Assembly (NCBI GenBank): GCA_051453625.1
Contig: JBOZIK010000001.1
Coordinates: 49,955,277 to 49,994,260, forward strand
DNA length: 38,984 bases
Direction: 5' to 3'
Source of the DNA: Welwitschia mirabilis
Taxonomy: Eukaryota
Shown one piece after another: positions 36,670 through 38,984 of this stretch; the first letter of the stretch is position 1, and each line of letters begins with the position of its first letter. The translations under genes and the position numbers were made by a program. The notes below the pieces were generated by a model. It was not told where the DNA came from, ran no database searches, and saw nothing but the letters and a program-made list of their open reading frames with translations.

Positions 36670-38075
36670 ATGCCTTGCAAAAGTTTAAATAAGGAACCTG
36701 GTTTCAACATGTTTTATTTTGTTAATCAGATCATCATCATTGGTATTGTAATTAGACGCCAACGTATATGTATGAGGTACCAATAGGACGCGAAGTGAGG
36801 GGGGTGCTACACTATGTTTGAACATCACCATGTTGTCCTTAAGGGTGAAGTGTTGTAAGTGAAAGCCACCAACCTATAGGGTTGCAAATGTAATGAATTC
36901 CTAACAATTTATTTGTCTTTCACCAAACATGAACCTGGGAAGTCTTTTCATTAGAGCCTTCTTCTATGCCTCTGACATGCATTTTTGATGATGATGTTTT
37001 TTTCAACTCGTCTTCTGATGATCAATTGTACCTTTGAAGCTCTATGCATTTCAACTCTGCCAAAATTCATGCGAAAAAATCTATAGAGGATAAATTAGAA
37101 GTCGTGCATGAAAAATGCCATGAAAAACTCATAAAACAACATTTTTGTTGCTTGAATGCCAAGCACATATGCCTTGTATCTTCCTATCAATTTTCTCAGT
37201 GCTAGAATCTGAATGCTGAAAATACTTACTGCTTTTGACATCTTTGGACTCTTGTAGCTCTCTCTCTTTCTCATAAAAGATCTTCTCATGGCATGTGGAC
37301 AACTCATAGAATAGATGGTAAAGGGCGATAGAGGACCTTACCAATGATCCCATTGCCACTGGCTTCACCAGACATATGGTTTTCTTCACCCTCACAAATT
37401 GTAACCTTCCCTCAAATCTTTTGAAACCTGAAGAGTTCACTTTTTATCAGGTCATGAAGCTATTCAATAGAGAATTTGAACTTTCACAGCAGCTTTAGTG
37501 AGGACTCTTTCATCCATGAATATGCTGTTGGACTTTACTTAGTTGTGCCAGGAATCATATCCAAAAGATATGCTAGGGTCAATAAGCTTAGATCTTTTCA
37601 TGATAATCCTAATACTATTGGACTTTCACTTAGCGTTCTTAGCGCCATCTTAGAGGTTACATTTTCCATTGAACTACCATTCAAGGGGTCCATGTCACTA
37701 GCATTTGAAGATAATATGAGCTTAAAGAACTTCATTAGTATATTTCTTAATTGAGTAGAGTTTTCCGACATTTACTAGTATACTTTACAGGGCATGGCGT
37801 TGATGGAAACTATCGACTGCGGCTCTATGAACGTCCTCGATAATGGGACTAATAGTTCGTTTTACCAGCTTTACCCCTTAACCAGAGCTTGTGCCTCCTT
37901 TGGATTTTGCTGTTTCTATAGGGAATTTATTATGTTTGAGAAAATGAGATTAAATCTCATTAAGGATAAGCTTGATCTAGTTTGAAGGTGAAGAAGCATT
38001 ATCTTCAATGAAAGCTTCTTGACGTGATTGCTAATCACATCTTGGTGCATATGATACATTTTTGGTTATTGTCAT
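36670..38075 (-). other. Unidentified GC-richer, coding-like cargo segment of the CACTA element
   Basis: Begins after the splice-acceptor-like tttcattatttgtttag (minus strand, ~38076). Long stop-poor stretches, e.g. KHNKFPIETAKSKGGTSSG*GVKLVKRTISPIIEDVHRAAVDSFHQRH and ORF 37129-37440. Retains CpGs unlike the flanks. No family recognised. Confidence 0.35.
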
Positions 38076-38214
38076 CTAAACAAATAATGAAATTCAGTAA
38101 TTTACAAAGAGGAAAGGTAGCTTAAAAACTTTAAAAACTATAATAAAAAGCTTAGAATTCCTTACAAAGAGTTAATTCATACATATGTTTTTTGGTGAGA
38201 GGGAAGGTTCTTAC

Positions 38215-38425
38215 CAANNNNNNNNNNNNNNNNNNNNNNNNNNNNNNNNNNNNNNNNNNNNNNNNNNNNNNNNNNNNNNNNNNNNNNNNNNNNNNNNNNN
38301 NNNNNNNNNNNNNNNNNTCCTTCATCATGAAAATAGCCACTAAAATGGCTACCCCCTCTACCACGACTATCTCTATTGCCACCATGGTTTCCTCTGAAAC
38401 CTCCTCGTCATCTTGATGGCCTCAT
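38215..38425 (-). pseudogene. GAR1: Captured first coding exon of a GAR1-like gene (H/ACA snoRNP subunit 1, N-terminal RGG domain)
   Basis: From the ATG at 38425: MRPSR*RGGFRGNHGGNRDSRGRGGSHFSGYFHDEG, resembling plant GAR1 MRPPRGGGGFRG...GRGGG..GGGFRDEGPP.EVVE. After the 100-N gap the sequence ttg|gtaag gives a donor site at 38214. An upstream acceptor tttacag| lies at 38451. Confidence 0.7.
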
Positions 38426-38619
38426 TGCCTTTATTAAGCTGAAGCACTATCTGTAAATACATTGTAGGATTTCAAACAGGTTTTTAGTAGGGTTTTTAAC
38501 AGAAGACATGCATTATTTTTTTAACAAAAGAAAAGACACACATTAGGTTTTCAATAGGGTTACATTTCTAACAAAGGAAAATACGAAGATGTGCATTAGT
38601 TTTATTGCATTTTTTTAAG

Positions 38620-38865
38620 TATGATTTTAAGGCATTTGGCTTTTAAACGTCTTATAAAATGGAAAAAAACTTTTTAAAAGCTCAACCTATTTAAGGCGTT
38701 CTTTTCAAAAATGTGGTAAAAATAATTCAAAGAGGGGTTTTAAGGCATTTTTCAATAAAAATGCCTTAAAAGAATTTCTATCAACTCTTTCATGGTGTTT
38801 ATTGAAATAAATGCCTTAAAATACTCTATACTTAAGGCGCTGATTTAAATAAACGCCTTAAAATC
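38620..38865. repeat. Right CACTA subterminal repeat cluster
   Basis: ttttaaggcattt, tttaaggcgtt, aaatgccttaaaa (x2), ttaaggcgc, aaacgccttaaaa. Confidence 0.85.
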
Positions 38866-38984
38866 CTATATTTCTAGTATTGTATTAAAGAAATAAAAGA
38901 GAAACAGAGTTTGTATTAAGTCAACTAGCATTTAAGTTATAAAGTAGCTACACCTCAATGGAGGATGCACAACCCAACACTAAG

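Larger units (their letters stand above)
35602..38882. mobile_element. Non-autonomous CACTA (En/Spm) DNA transposon carrying host gene fragments (Pack-CACTA)
   Basis: Left TIR tgctacaagaaatatgatcttttaaggc (decayed CACTACAAGAAA) and right TIR gccttaaaatcctatatttctagtattg; 3-bp TSD relic aat/tat; dense subterminal direct and inverted TTTTAAGGC(G/A)TTT repeats at both ends; no transposase motif recognised. Confidence 0.85.

Overview
AT-rich, CpG-depleted, gap-ridden plant-type heterochromatic DNA with no intact host gene; nearly all ORFs in the supplied track are N-runs or compositional artefacts. The window is a stack of old, nested, degenerate transposons. (1) A pol-less Athila-like Ty3/gypsy element (2638-13008) inserted into an older minus-strand LTR of a related family. 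(2) An L1 LINE ORF2 remnant on the minus strand. (3) A second, 5'-truncated Athila-like copy with a 175-bp tandem array in its 3' UTR. (4) A near full-length decayed SIRE-type Ty1/copia element (27530-35126). (5) A 3.3-kb non-autonomous CACTA element (35602-38882). The CACTA cargo is the most interesting signal. It holds a fragment of a DRD1/CLSY-type SNF2 RdDM chromatin-remodeller helicase domain (+), a GAR1-like RGG first coding exon with flanking splice sites (-), and a third unidentified coding-like segment. Six roughly 90%-identical duplications straddle assembly gaps and suggest haplotype/homoeolog switching. All alignments and translations were done by eye; boundaries marked ~ are approximate.
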